Assembly (NCBI RefSeq): GCF_035084215.1
Contig: NC_090332.1
Coordinates: 35,030,001 to 35,094,000, forward strand
Length of the DNA stretch: 64,000 nucleotides
From: Heptranchias perlo
Taxonomy: Eukaryota
Direction: 5' to 3'
Part shown: piece by piece, positions 37,301 through 48,704 of the stretch
How the letters are laid out: the number at the start of each line of letters is the position of its first letter
Position numbering within the stretch: the stretch's first letter is position 1
Notes under the pieces: generated by a model
What the model was told of the DNA's origin: nothing
The model's database searches: none
Seen by the model: the letters and a program-made list of their open reading frames with translations, nothing else
Program-made: the position numbers and the translations under genes

Positions 37301-38177
37301 TGATGTGGTGGAAAACCAATATTTTTGGTTTCTTTAGTCAGCCCTTTCTGCCTTTTCTGTGTTGAGTAACAGATTTGAGTTACCTGGTTGCAAATGGTTA
37401 ACAAGCTATAGATTGATCTTTTGATGAAGTTACCATCACTTGGTTAAAAATACAAGTTAACTTTACCACCAGGTTCAGTTCTAACTGAACCATAATATTT
37501 ATCTTTGACACAAGCATACCACTAGAAGATAGTAATTCACAAGACGCAAACCATTCGATATCCTTTTGTTTATTTTGCCTATTTTTTTAACCATCTTTCT
37601 GTGATTTTCTCAAGATTACTATTAAAAAAAACAGAACTGTGTTTCCCAGCTTGTGTGGAACTGGCTGGTAAATGTGAACCCCTAAAAAATTTGCCTTGCT
37701 GTTGCGTAAAAGTGACTGTATAACTCAACTGTGAGATGCTGATCTCATTGCTGAATACAGTGGCGTGTGACCCCTCAGGGACACTGACTGTCTCAAACCT
37801 CTTGGCCTCAATACTGAGTGGAGTACTAGCGTGGTGTCAATTTGTTTAAAAAGTGCTCAGGTAATGCATTGGACCTTCTGGGCACTTTATAAATGATAGT
37901 CTTTTTTAATGTTTCAAGTAAGTGGACACTCCTGCTGTACTTAGAAATTTACTGGTCAGGAGTGGCCAGGAATAAAGCTCTGCACATGCACATAAGTGAA
38001 TTGTACTCTCTCAGACCAGTATAAGCTTATGTCTGGGGTAAAAGAAACAACTATTAGATTGCTTATTAATAACATTAACTTTTAATATTTTCTCTCATAC
38101 CATTTCTATGATCTCATGGTGCCCTGCAGTGCTTCTGATGGAAAAGCCAGTGATGCAACCTACTTCTAGGCCTCTCA

Positions 38178-38335
38178 TAGAATCATAGAAACATACAACA
38201 CAGAAGAAGGCCATTCAGTCCATCGTGCCTGTGCCGGCTCTTTGAAAGAGCTATTCCATTATTCCCACTCCCCTGCTCTTTTTCCCATAGCCCTGGAAAT
38301 TCGTCCTTTTCAAGTATATATCCAATTTCCTTTTG
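38178..38335 (-). mobile_element. CR1 3' tail fragment
   Basis: tagaatcatagaaacatacaacacagaagaaggccattcagtccatc, the conserved CR1 tail. Confidence 0.8.
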
Positions 38336-38574
38336 ATCATAAGTCCACTCTTTAACTGGCTGCTGTTGACTTTGCCCCTGATTTTCTGGCCATTCCTGTA
38401 GCGAAGTACTTGGCTTCCATGATAGCATGACTGGAAATCGATAATGCAGGAAATCACAGGCATGAACTTGCATAATACCATGTCATTACATTTCATTACT
38501 TTGACATTTGTAGTTTTTAAATCTAAAAGTTGATGCATCGCATAATTTGTATCACATTAAAAAATGTTAATAGA

Positions 38575-39340
38575 GAATTAGCTGATGTATTGGGCTAACG
38601 CACTGGGGCTAATTTTGACTTTGTGCGATAGTGTACGACGGGTCATAGTGAATTGGCAGCCCGTTTTATATCTCTCCTGAATTTTATTCCTGTGGAAATA
38701 AAAATTGGGAGAGATGTAAAACGGGCTGCAGATTTGTTATCACCCGTTTTACACTATCGCCCAAAGTCAAAATTACCCCCACTGTTCTTTCACCATTGGC
38801 ACTGAAATTTGAATCCAGGCCAGTCTCAAGCTTTTGATCACCTGTCCTAATATCTCCTTAAGTGGTTCGGTGTCAAATTTTGTTTGATAACGCTCCTTTG
38901 AAGGGCCTTGGTACGTTTTACTACATTAAAAGGCACTGTATAAATGCAAGTTGTTGTTGTTGTTGATAGATTAAAAGTCTCCTCCCTTTGTTTGTGATTA
39001 AGGACTGTGTGAAATGAATTTGGGCAGTCTCAGCCCATTCTTTGGGGGACATGATGCCAGAGAATGAGATAAAATATATGTACAAATGGCAATGGGCTTA
39101 CAGCATTAAACTGCCCTAATTCAACACTAAAATGGCATTAAATTGGTAATTTAATTCAGAAAGACAACAGGATGGCTGAGGTGGGAAATAGAATGATCAT
39201 ACTGGTACAAACAAGAATGCATCTCTAAGGCTTTGTGAAGGCACATTTTTAAGGCAGAATACAGGGACATTCATTTTCCATTTAATCTCTCCTGAAATGT
39301 TGACACTAAACACAAGAAGTGAAAAAGTGTTCCATTCTCA
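38575..39340 (+). mobile_element. LF-SINE-like element interrupted by the MITE and by an L2 3' tail (about 38830-38965)
   Basis: ctttcaccattggcactgaaatttgaatccaggccag and tgtgaaatgaatttgggcagtctcagcccattc resemble LF-SINE as recalled. The L2 tail ends ...taaatgcaag(ttg)n. Confidence 0.5.
38605..38780. mobile_element. Fully palindromic MITE
   Basis: Imperfect inverted arms of about 85 bp with a tiny loop. Termini GGGGCTAATTTTGACTTTG / CAAAGTCAAAATTACCCCC. TSD ACT. Confidence 0.9.
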
Positions 39341-39348
39341 GAGATTAT

Positions 39349-41385
39349 GGCCTAGAAATTCGTTGACACCATGCCTGTTTTACAGGTCATAAAATGGGCT
39401 TTTAAGCATCCAATATGGCGGGTGGCATGTGCTAGCACATTCCGCGCTGGAAGTGCGCTGCCCGTCATATCTGTAAAGACTCCAGTACAGGCGTCCAGGG
39501 CCTGATCTCGAAACAGGCATTAGACTCTTTGCATTGCAAATAGAGGACCAATGCCTGTTTGAGGCCCCGTTCCTGAAATTAGGCTGCCCTGGATGAAGCC
39601 GGCGCTGGGCCTGTTGTGCCCTTAAAGGGACCGCTGGAGGTCGGCACCTAAAAGGTAAATTAAAAAAAACACTTACCTAAATGTGGAGCCTGGAGGAGCG
39701 TTCCTGAGGCCACTGCTGGTCTCCTCCCTATCACCCCAACCCCCCCTGGACCTACCTGAGGACAACTATCAGGGAGACAGCTGGCCAACTTTGTCCTCAT
39801 GGAACCATAGAGCTGCCCGAAGGTAGCAAATGTAACACTGCTATTCAAGAAAGGAGGGAGAGAGAAAACAGGGAGCTAAAGGCCAGTTAGCCTAACATCA
39901 GTCATCAGGAAAATGCTGGAATCCATTATTAAGGAAGTGGTCACAGGGCACTTAGAAAATCATAATATGATTAGGCAGAGTCAACATGGTTTTATGAAAT
40001 CGTGTTTAACAAATTTATTAGAGTTCTTTGAGGAAAAAACTAGCAGGGTAAATAAAGGGGAACCAGTGGATGTAGTATATTTGGATTTCCAAAAGGCATT
40101 CAATAAGGTGCCACATAAAAGGTTGCTATGCAAGACAAGGGCTCATGGGTATGGGGGTAATATATTAGCATGGATAGAGGATTGGTTAACAGACAGAAAA
40201 CAGACAGTAGGGATAAATGGGTTATTTTCAGGTTGCCAGGCTGTAACTAGTGGGGTGCTGCAAGGATCAGTGCTGGAGCCTCAACTATTTACAATCTATA
40301 TTAATGACTTAAATGAAGGGACCGAGTGTAATGTATCCAAGTTTGCTGACGATACAAAGGTAGGTGGGAAAGTAAGCTGTGAGGAGGACAAAAAGAGTCT
40401 GCAAAGGGATCTAGACAGGTTAAGTGAGTTGGCAAGAAGGTGGCAGATGGGGGGAAATGTGAGGTTATTCACTTTGGTGGGAAGAATAGAAAAGCAGAAT
40501 ATTTTTTAAATGGTGAGAAACTATTAAATGTTGATGTCCAGAGAGATCTGGGTGTCCTCGTACAAGAAACACAGAAAGTTAGTATGCAGGTACAGTAAGC
40601 AATTAGGAAGACAAATGGCATGTCGGCCTTTATTGCAAGTGGGTTGGAGTACAAGAGTAAGAAAGTCTTGCTACATTTGTACAGAGCTTTGGTGAGATCA
40701 CACCTGGAGTACTGTGTACAGTTTTGGTCTCCTTATCTAAGGAAGGATATACTTGCCTTGGAGGCAGTACAACAAAGATTCACTAGATTGATTCCTGGGA
40801 TGAGAGGGTTGTTCTGTGAGGAGAGATTAAGAAAAAAGGGCCTATACTCTCTGGAGTTTAGAAGAATGAGAGGTGATCTCATTGAAACATATAAGATTCT
40901 GAGGGGGCTTGACAGGGTAGATGCTGAGAGGCTGTTTCACCTGGCTGGAGAGCCTAGAACTAGGGGGCATAGTCTCAGGAAAAGGGGTCAGCCATTTAAG
41001 ACTGAGATGAGGAGGAATTTCTTCACTCAGAGGGTTGTGAATCTGTGGAATTCTCTACCCAGAGGGCTGTGGCTGCTGAGTCATTGAATGTGTTCAAGAC
41101 TGAGATAGATAGATTTTTGGACTCTCGTAGAATCAAGGGATATGGGGTTTGGGTGGGAAAGTGGAGCCAAGGCCAAAGATCAGCCATGATCTTATTGAAT
41201 GGCAGAGCAGGCTCGAGGGGCCGTATGGCCTCCTCCTGCTCCTATTTCTTACGTTCTTATGTTCTTATGCCTGATTGGTATCTTCAGCTCACCGGCAATA
41301 TGCTGATGAGGCCCAAGGCCCAATATCACGCTCTCAGTGCGCCGCCTATTTCAGCGCAGACCTGATGATGGAACCTGGGTCGATA
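39349..41385. mobile_element. GC-rich non-autonomous element (family B) interrupted by CR1
   Basis: Segments shared with 44409-44995, 48160-48670, 54919-55030 and 61304-61780 (e.g. cagcggtccctttaa and the aaacaggcattag hairpin). Confidence 0.55.
39819..41268 (+). mobile_element. 5'-truncated CR1 LINE
   Basis: ORFs 39913-40509 (FADDTK) and 40620-41087. (ttcttatg)n tail. Confidence 0.95.
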
Positions 41386-42867
41386 TGGTTCAGCTACTTA
41401 TTGCATAGACTCTCAGTACCATTAAAGGGATGGCTTTCTTCTAATTTAAAGTTATCTTTAATTATTGAACACGTGACAGAAGTCAGATGACTTGAGGATA
41501 TTTTCATTATTGTCAGTGAAGCCTGGTAAATTTCAGTCTTGATAGGGACAGTATTTCAGTAAGGGTTCAGGGTGGGTCCCTGATGTTATTGAGTACTCCT
41601 CCACAGGCTGACTCAACAGAGTGTTTACACTGCAGTGACAATCTCCTCGTAAATTAAACTAAAAATACACTTTTACTTGACCCTGGTCATGGAAGATTCC
41701 TTGCTAATTCACTTAGCCGCTTAATGTGAGCTCTGCCGATTTCTTATTTATTGCAAGATATGGTTTGGAATATCACTATTCTTTTGTCTCTGACTTTTGT
41801 GTTTATTAAAACAAACACACTGCCTTAATGGACGCTGGCCCAAAAGGAGCCAGAGAATGAGAGATAAAATATAAAGATATATACAAGATGACACATGTGT
41901 GACCTGGAAATGTTTAACTTCTTTTTGTTGTCTTCTGGCTTGGTGCAATGTTTGAAAGGTAGTGAGGGGATGTTTTATACTTTATAACCTGCAAATTGGT
42001 TATTATTAATCTGTTCTTTAAAGAAAGGGAATGCCATGCGCAGTCTATGTAGACCAGACTATATGTCAAAAGTATTAAAAACAAAATATACACATTGACC
42101 CTTTAATGCAATGCAGTTTTCCTACAAAGTTCCTTTTAGTTATTTGTTTATCTCAATAATGTCTGGACCTGTGAAGAACGGTATTCTATTATTTTTATTT
42201 CTTTCCCCAAATGTTTTTCATTTCTAACAATAGATTCAGCAAAAAGATTATATTTAGAAGACATCTTTCTTTTACTTTATTTTAATTGAGGTATTTGAGT
42301 ACGTTTACCTTGTTTGTTTTGTATTTTTTGTTCCTTTTTCTCAATCCTCAGCCTAATGCCTGTGGTGAAAGTAAACACGCGATGTTTCCCTAGGTCACCA
42401 CCAATATCCTCTGCAGCCAACAGGAGGTAGCAGAGACTGCCTTGATATTCTCCCCTCCTTCACAGGGACGCTCTGTGCCCCCAAATGAGGGCTCCCCCAT
42501 TCTTTTCCCTTATATGAAAATCTAGCCCTCTAAAGTGAACATTAATTATTGTTTCTGTCATATTTTTGCAATTCCACTGTCAGAGTGCCATTGTTTTTCT
42601 GCATGTGTGATTTCACTCCATCCATCATTCCTCAGTCACAGCTGCCTTCTGTGTGCAGTCAGTTCACCCTCCTGTATCGGTGGCCATTTTTTTACAACTG
42701 AAACAATAGTGGAAAGCACAATGTGTACATTATATGAAATAAAACAAGTTGCAGGCGTTAGGTGAACACAGGGTTTTGGCTCAGAGGTAAAATCGTCCAA
42801 AACAAAAGGGGCCACAAATCTATTAGTTACTCACTTCTAACCATACTTCACTGCTGCATGATCACGT

Positions 42868-43130
42868 ATACGAACATACGGAATTGATGGGCAGGAGAAG
42901 ATCAGCTGATCCATCAAGCCTGCCCCATACCTCATGATGGCTGGAACATCTTAACTAGACACTTCCTTCCACCCCCGCAGCCATGTAATCTCCTGGGAGA
43001 GGCAAAAAAAAGGGCTCAGGGCCAGTAAGGGAAAAAATACACTGGAAAATTCCTCTCTGACCCCCCCACCCCTGCCCTCAGGCGATCAAAACAAGTCCAG
43101 GAGATCACATGGACCAAGTGTTATCTGTAA
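42868..43130 (-). mobile_element. CR1-tailed short repeat; second copy at about 61785-62005
   Basis: Both copies share gccatgtaRtctcctgggagagg...gggaaaaa...ctggaaaattcctctc and begin with a CR1-like tail. Confidence 0.65.
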
Positions 43131-45254
43131 AGTATCTCGATGGAGCCATCCTCAACCAGGATGACTGGGTGTCCCAGGCCACAGGCTTCTTCATTAATGC
43201 TTCTCCTTCACTAATCCAGTGAGAAACTTCTACTATCACTCTGTCCCATCATTGAGCCAAGAAAGAATGACAGTTCAACCATACCAAGTCTCAAAGAATT
43301 ACCTCAAAACACTTCCGATGGGTGCAAATGTTACCAGAGCATAAAATGTGAAGTCAGCACAATATTATGTTACTCATTTGGATGAGAGTGTTGCACTACC
43401 AACCCCTTCTCTTTAGCGGTAAAGTTTTATTACAGTCCTCACAACTGAAGTTTATTTGAGCTTTATTATAGCTAGCCTTTGTTTAGGACGAACACTGCCA
43501 ATATGACGCTGGTGAGCAGTGGGGATTATTCAAACCCAAATTTAGAATTGATAGCAATTTATTTTGAAAAAGTTCAGATTCCCATTTATGTGGCACTGTC
43601 TGTTTAAGAAGTGACTGCAAATGTGCAGCGAGATATGCTGGTGTATTTTTATTAGTTCCCCAGTTAAGTGTTGTTTCTGCCTCTCTGTGTCACTGAATTT
43701 GTCGGCGATTGACAGATTAATTTAATGAATAAAAATAAGAAGTTTGAAAGTGTCTTTTTGCCAATTTCCGTTTTGACCACGTGGCTGTAGTTTAGAAGGC
43801 TTAGGCAAAGTTGTCCATCTCCCAGATGATTATGCAAAGAGAGGGGTTCTTTCTGAGGCATTAGTTTCAAAGCTGGTTTGAGTCCCCACTAACTCTGCCT
43901 GCACTGGTGATATTTTCAACGGACTACAGATTTGATAATCACAATTTCAGGGTGAGCAATGGTTGAATCTGATTTCTGAATGAATTCAGGTGATTACGCC
44001 TACGGAGAAGTGGCTGATAATGTTGAATCTGAGTGTCAGACAGCACTTTCACTTCAGCTGCAAGTTTTAGATTGTCAGTTCAATGTTTCATCCAGCAAAG
44101 CAACAGATTATGATTATGAGAAGTTACTTTTGCGGTTAAATTTTAAGTCCATTTATGTGAATAATGTCGGAGACGGCAAATGGAATATTTTCCTGCTCTT
44201 GGTCAGCGTTGCTCACTCTCAGCTCAGCTATAGCCCAGGTTAGACATAGAGTAAAAATCTGCTCAAAATGCCAGACTTCAGAAGAACACCATTTACTGTA
44301 TTGGTGATTTCACAGCAGCTATCTTTGTGGTCTTCCTGAGTGAAAGTGTCAATTGGTGCACATAAGAACTATTGAATTAAATCAGTTCTGCATCTTCGTT
44401 AGTGATATGGGGGCTATTTTCACTTTGGGTGTGTTTTAGGCGGGCGGTGAGTAGAGCAATCACCATTTTGAGGGCTGGACCTCATTTATCAGGAGGGCGG
44501 GAAATCTGGTGGCTCCTCAGTGGAGTCAATCTGGAAGTGATGGGCTAAATGAGGAGGGGGAGGGGGAGGGGGAACACGAACAGGCAAGCAGTAGGTGGCG
44601 AGATTTTCGTCGGGCCATGAGGCGTATGCATGCTCCTCTTGGATCCACAAAATCAGTGGCACAGCATTTCTGTCCACGTTTTCTGAATGGCCTGCAGCGG
44701 TCCCTTTAATGACAGCTGGTTAGGCTGCTCAACGCCTGGTACCAGTGGGCAGAGTGTGCATATTGCCGCTTTGCCTATTGGTACCTCAAAATTGCATTGA
44801 ACTCCTACAACTGCCATACAACCCCGATTTGTATATTATCAGTAAGCTCCAGCCTGAAACAGGGGGTTCCTGGGCTACCCATGTCAAGGCCCCAATGAAA
44901 ATGCGAACAGGCGGATCGGGAGCAGGAACAGGGCAATAAGTGCCCTGTATGATTTTCGGGGTGCGGCTGCTGGCGGGGGAAGTTAAATTCAGACCATAGT
45001 GTTACCATGGTAAAATACCTTGCAAGATGCTTTACCATGTTTACATTGCAGATTCTCCATGGGGTTAGTGGGTAAACTGTGTGGTGTGGTACTAAGCTAA
45101 ATCAACCAAAGGTTGCCACTTTAATCCCTGGCCTATACTGAGTTAGTTGATTTTAGCCAGAGCAGCAGCACTTAGGGTGCTACAAATAGCCTCAGCAAGC
45201 CTGGGCTCGGGCAGGCAAAAAATCGGACCGAGTTCTTGTTCTTGTTTTTTTCCT

Positions 45255-46102
45255 GTTAAACCGAGGCCTCTCTGCCCCCTCAGGTGGACATAAAAGATCC
45301 CATGGCACTAATTCTCCCCGGTGTCTTGGTCAATATTCATCCCTCAACTAACACCACTAAAACAGATTATCTGGTCATTATTTGGTGTCCATACTTAAGA
45401 AAGGACATACTTGCTCTCGAGGCAGTACAAAGAAGGTTCACTCGGTTAATCCCGGGGATGAGGGGGTGGACATATGAGGAGAGGTTGAGTAGATTGGGAC
45501 TCTACTCATTGGAGTTCAGAAAAATGAGAGGCGATCTTATTGAAACATATAAGATTGTGAAGGAGCTTGATCGGGTGGATGTGGTAAGGATGTTCCCAAG
45601 GATGGGTGAAACTAGAACTAGGGGGCATAATCTTAGAATAAGGGGCTGCTCTTTCAAAACTGAGATGAGGAGAAACTTCTTCACTCAGAGGGTAGTAGGT
45701 CTGTGGAATTTGCTGCCCCAGGAAGCTGTGGAAGCTACATCATTAAATAAATTTAAAACAGAAATAGACAGTTTCCTAGAAGTAAAGGGAATTAGGGGTT
45801 ACGGGGAGCGGGCAGGAAATTGGACATGAATTTAGATTTGAGGTTAGGAGCAGATCAGCCATGATCTTATTGAATGGCGGAGCAGGCTCGAGGGGCCGAT
45901 TGGCCTACTCCTGCTCCTATTTCTTATGTTCTTATGTTCTTATCACATTGCTGTTTGTAGTAGCTTGCGGTGTGCAAATTGGCTGCCGCATTTCTTAGAT
46001 TGCAACAGTGACTACATTTCAAAAAATACTTCATTGGCTGTAAAGCACTTTGGGATGTCCTGAGATCATGAAAGGTGCGATACAAATGCAAGTCTTTCTT
46101 TT
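45255..46102 (+). mobile_element. Deu-domain SINE (AmnSINE1/SacSINE1-like) split by a CR1
   Basis: gttaaaccgaggcc...caggtggacataaaagatcccatggcacta...aacagattatctggtcatta|tcacattgctgtttgt...caaattggctgccgc...aaatgcaagtctttc: Deu core with L2-type tail. Confidence 0.8.
45381..45941 (+). mobile_element. CR1 3' fragment nested in the Deu-SINE
   Basis: WCPYLRKDILALEAVQRRFTRLIPG... and a (ttcttatg)3 tail. Confidence 0.93.
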
Positions 46103-46939
46103 TCCTGCTGGAAGCTGTGTTTGTGTGGATAGGATTGGGCTTGGCTGTCACGCTGTCCAAGGTTCAATAGTCTGCTAACACTCACTGCCTGGGCTCACAC
46201 ACGTAGAATGGTCAATTGGGTGAAGAACTGGAGAGCTACTAGCATTTGTTGGAGCCCTACCTCAGCAACAGCTAGTGCCTTTAAAAGAGAAGTTGGAAAG
46301 AGGAGGAAACTGGAGAAAAACAAACATAGTTATATACAGAAAAGGGTATAATGATCAAATTGTTTCAAAACAAACTCAGACTAGAGATGCAATAAAAACA
46401 CTTAGCTACCTAACAATGGTGATTGCATTTCAAAAGTAATTAATTGGTTGTTATGTACTTCGAGACATCCCAAGAACATGATTAAACACTATATAAATGC
46501 AAGTTCTTTCTTTAGGATAGCAGATATAGCCAGCCACAAATTTGTCATTTCAGCCATCATGGATACACTGTGGAAATGTTACCAAAGAAGCTTGCTTCCT
46601 TAACTGTCCCACAAACTGAGGCTACCCAAGAACTTCAGTAATTACTATTGGAAAATGCATTCAGTGAGGACCTGATTGAACTTGGCTGTGATGCTGCTCC
46701 ATGATCAACCAGCTCATTAATATTTACTGGATAGGTTCACACATGAAAATTGCTACTTGAGTTAGGTACCAGAAGGCTGTTGCTTCTGCCCAATGAATCA
46801 TACCCCAGCATGTTTCAGGAAAGAGAAAAAAGGATTAAATATAGGAATATAAATAGAAAAGTACCATGTGAGGTAAATGAGCTAAATTAAAATTCACTAC
46901 TCCCAGGTAATATTGGATGAGTAGACATGTGATCATCAT

Positions 46940-47068
46940 GGGGTAAATTTTCACCTTTATCACCTGGGCAGTAATCTTGCAGAGATCCATTGTACAACCA
47001 ATCTGATTGTCATCCCATTGATTTCACCAGATTATTGGCCAGACAGTGAAGGTGAAAATGCATCCCCC
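46940..47068. mobile_element. Old hairpin MITE
   Basis: ggggtaaattttcaccttt...gtaatct pairs with agatta...gaaggtgaaaatgcatcccc. TSD not clear. Confidence 0.6.
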
Positions 47069-48704
47069 AACCCTGCCCATGAATATAAAACCTGATTATT
47101 CCAAGTCCAGACTATCTTTAAAGTAGTCTATCAGCCAGATATGCAGTGACTCCTTATCCACTATCAACATGCAGCTATCCTCCCATCATTCTGCAGTAAT
47201 GTAATCAAGCTCACTGCTTAGGTTTTTATATTTCACCATGGCAGCCTTGATTTTATTTTTTGGGCCAGGAGTGCTATACTGAAGTCCAGGTTTGTGAAGA
47301 AACACATTGATACTTGTAGAGCTTTAAAGGCACAAAAGTGCCAAATTATTTTACACACAGGAGGTCTTATCAGTACCGGCCATTTTATATAAACAAAAGA
47401 AAGACAATCAGGGCAAAAAAAACATTTTTAACAAGCTTGATACAGTTATCTCTTGCCACCCACATAGGGTCAAGAGCTAACGGTGGGAGCATTTTCTTCA
47501 TTGTAATCACTAGCCAATAAAAGTATGGAATTATTATAAACAGCATGAATAGAAATTTTAAAAAAATCATACCTGCAATAATTTCAATACCATTTCCATC
47601 TGAGTTCTCTAAAGTTATATTGACCCCTGAGTATGAACAACCTATCCAGATTTTAAAAATCTGTAAATTTTCTTTTGTATAAAATTGATATATTTCTTTT
47701 TCTGGACTGTGGCATATTCAAAACTAGATTTTAAATTCAAACAAAGTTCTTCATTTCAAATTCTTCCTCAAAGGTCCCACAATAAATAAGTGCTTATTCT
47801 TGTTTTAAGTATCTGCACTGTCCCTCATCAACCAGTCTCCCAAGGCCATGTACTGATTACAGCCGAGAGGATGGGCAGATGACCTGCACCCAACCCTCTA
47901 CCAATGGAGTTCTAGATGTCAAGAGGAGCAAAAAAAGTGGCCTTGTGCTGGGGAAGACTCTATCTCTGCTTTTCAGTTACAAACATCAGCTTCTTGGCTA
48001 GATAATCACATCTAATATTTGTTAGGAAAATAAGTAGCAAAAATGGTTGAAAATGTTGGTTGCAGTGTGGGAATTCTCAATAAAGCTGAACTCTAATTAT
48101 CACCATTGGCAGCTTAGGATATAAAAACTTATGTCCATGCAGATGGAATCAAAGAGAGGGGGGGATTGTTTTTCAACTGTCGGCCTCCCATTTATCTCCT
48201 GAAGAACAGGCGGCAAGCAATTGAAAAAAGGCTGGGGGGTTGGTGGTGAGGGGAGGCATCTCAGCCGAACCATAGATGTCCAAGGTTGGGACGAGCAATC
48301 CTGCTCTTCTTATCTCCACATCTAGGTAAGTAAAATTTCAAAAACATCCCTTTTTGTTGGTTGCCGTTGGTTACGCCACAGCAAGCAATTGAAAACCTGA
48401 GCCGTGCATGCCTGGTGCATGCTCTACTCAGCATTGATGAATTTTGCTGAGGGGTCCTTAAACAGGCATTAGGCTCCTCAGTAACATATACGAGGCCTAA
48501 TGCTTGTTTCAGGTAGCTGCCAGGGACGCCTAGAAAGCTGCTTTACCAATATAGAGGTGCATGTAATGCAATCACAGATTGGGTGCAGGACATTATGCAC
48601 CCAATTGATCCTTTTGCCCTCGTTTTCCCCCCAGAAAATGGGTGCAACAAGGTCCAATTTCTTCCTCCAATGTGCTAGAATTTGTTACCATAACAGCAAC
48701 ATAT

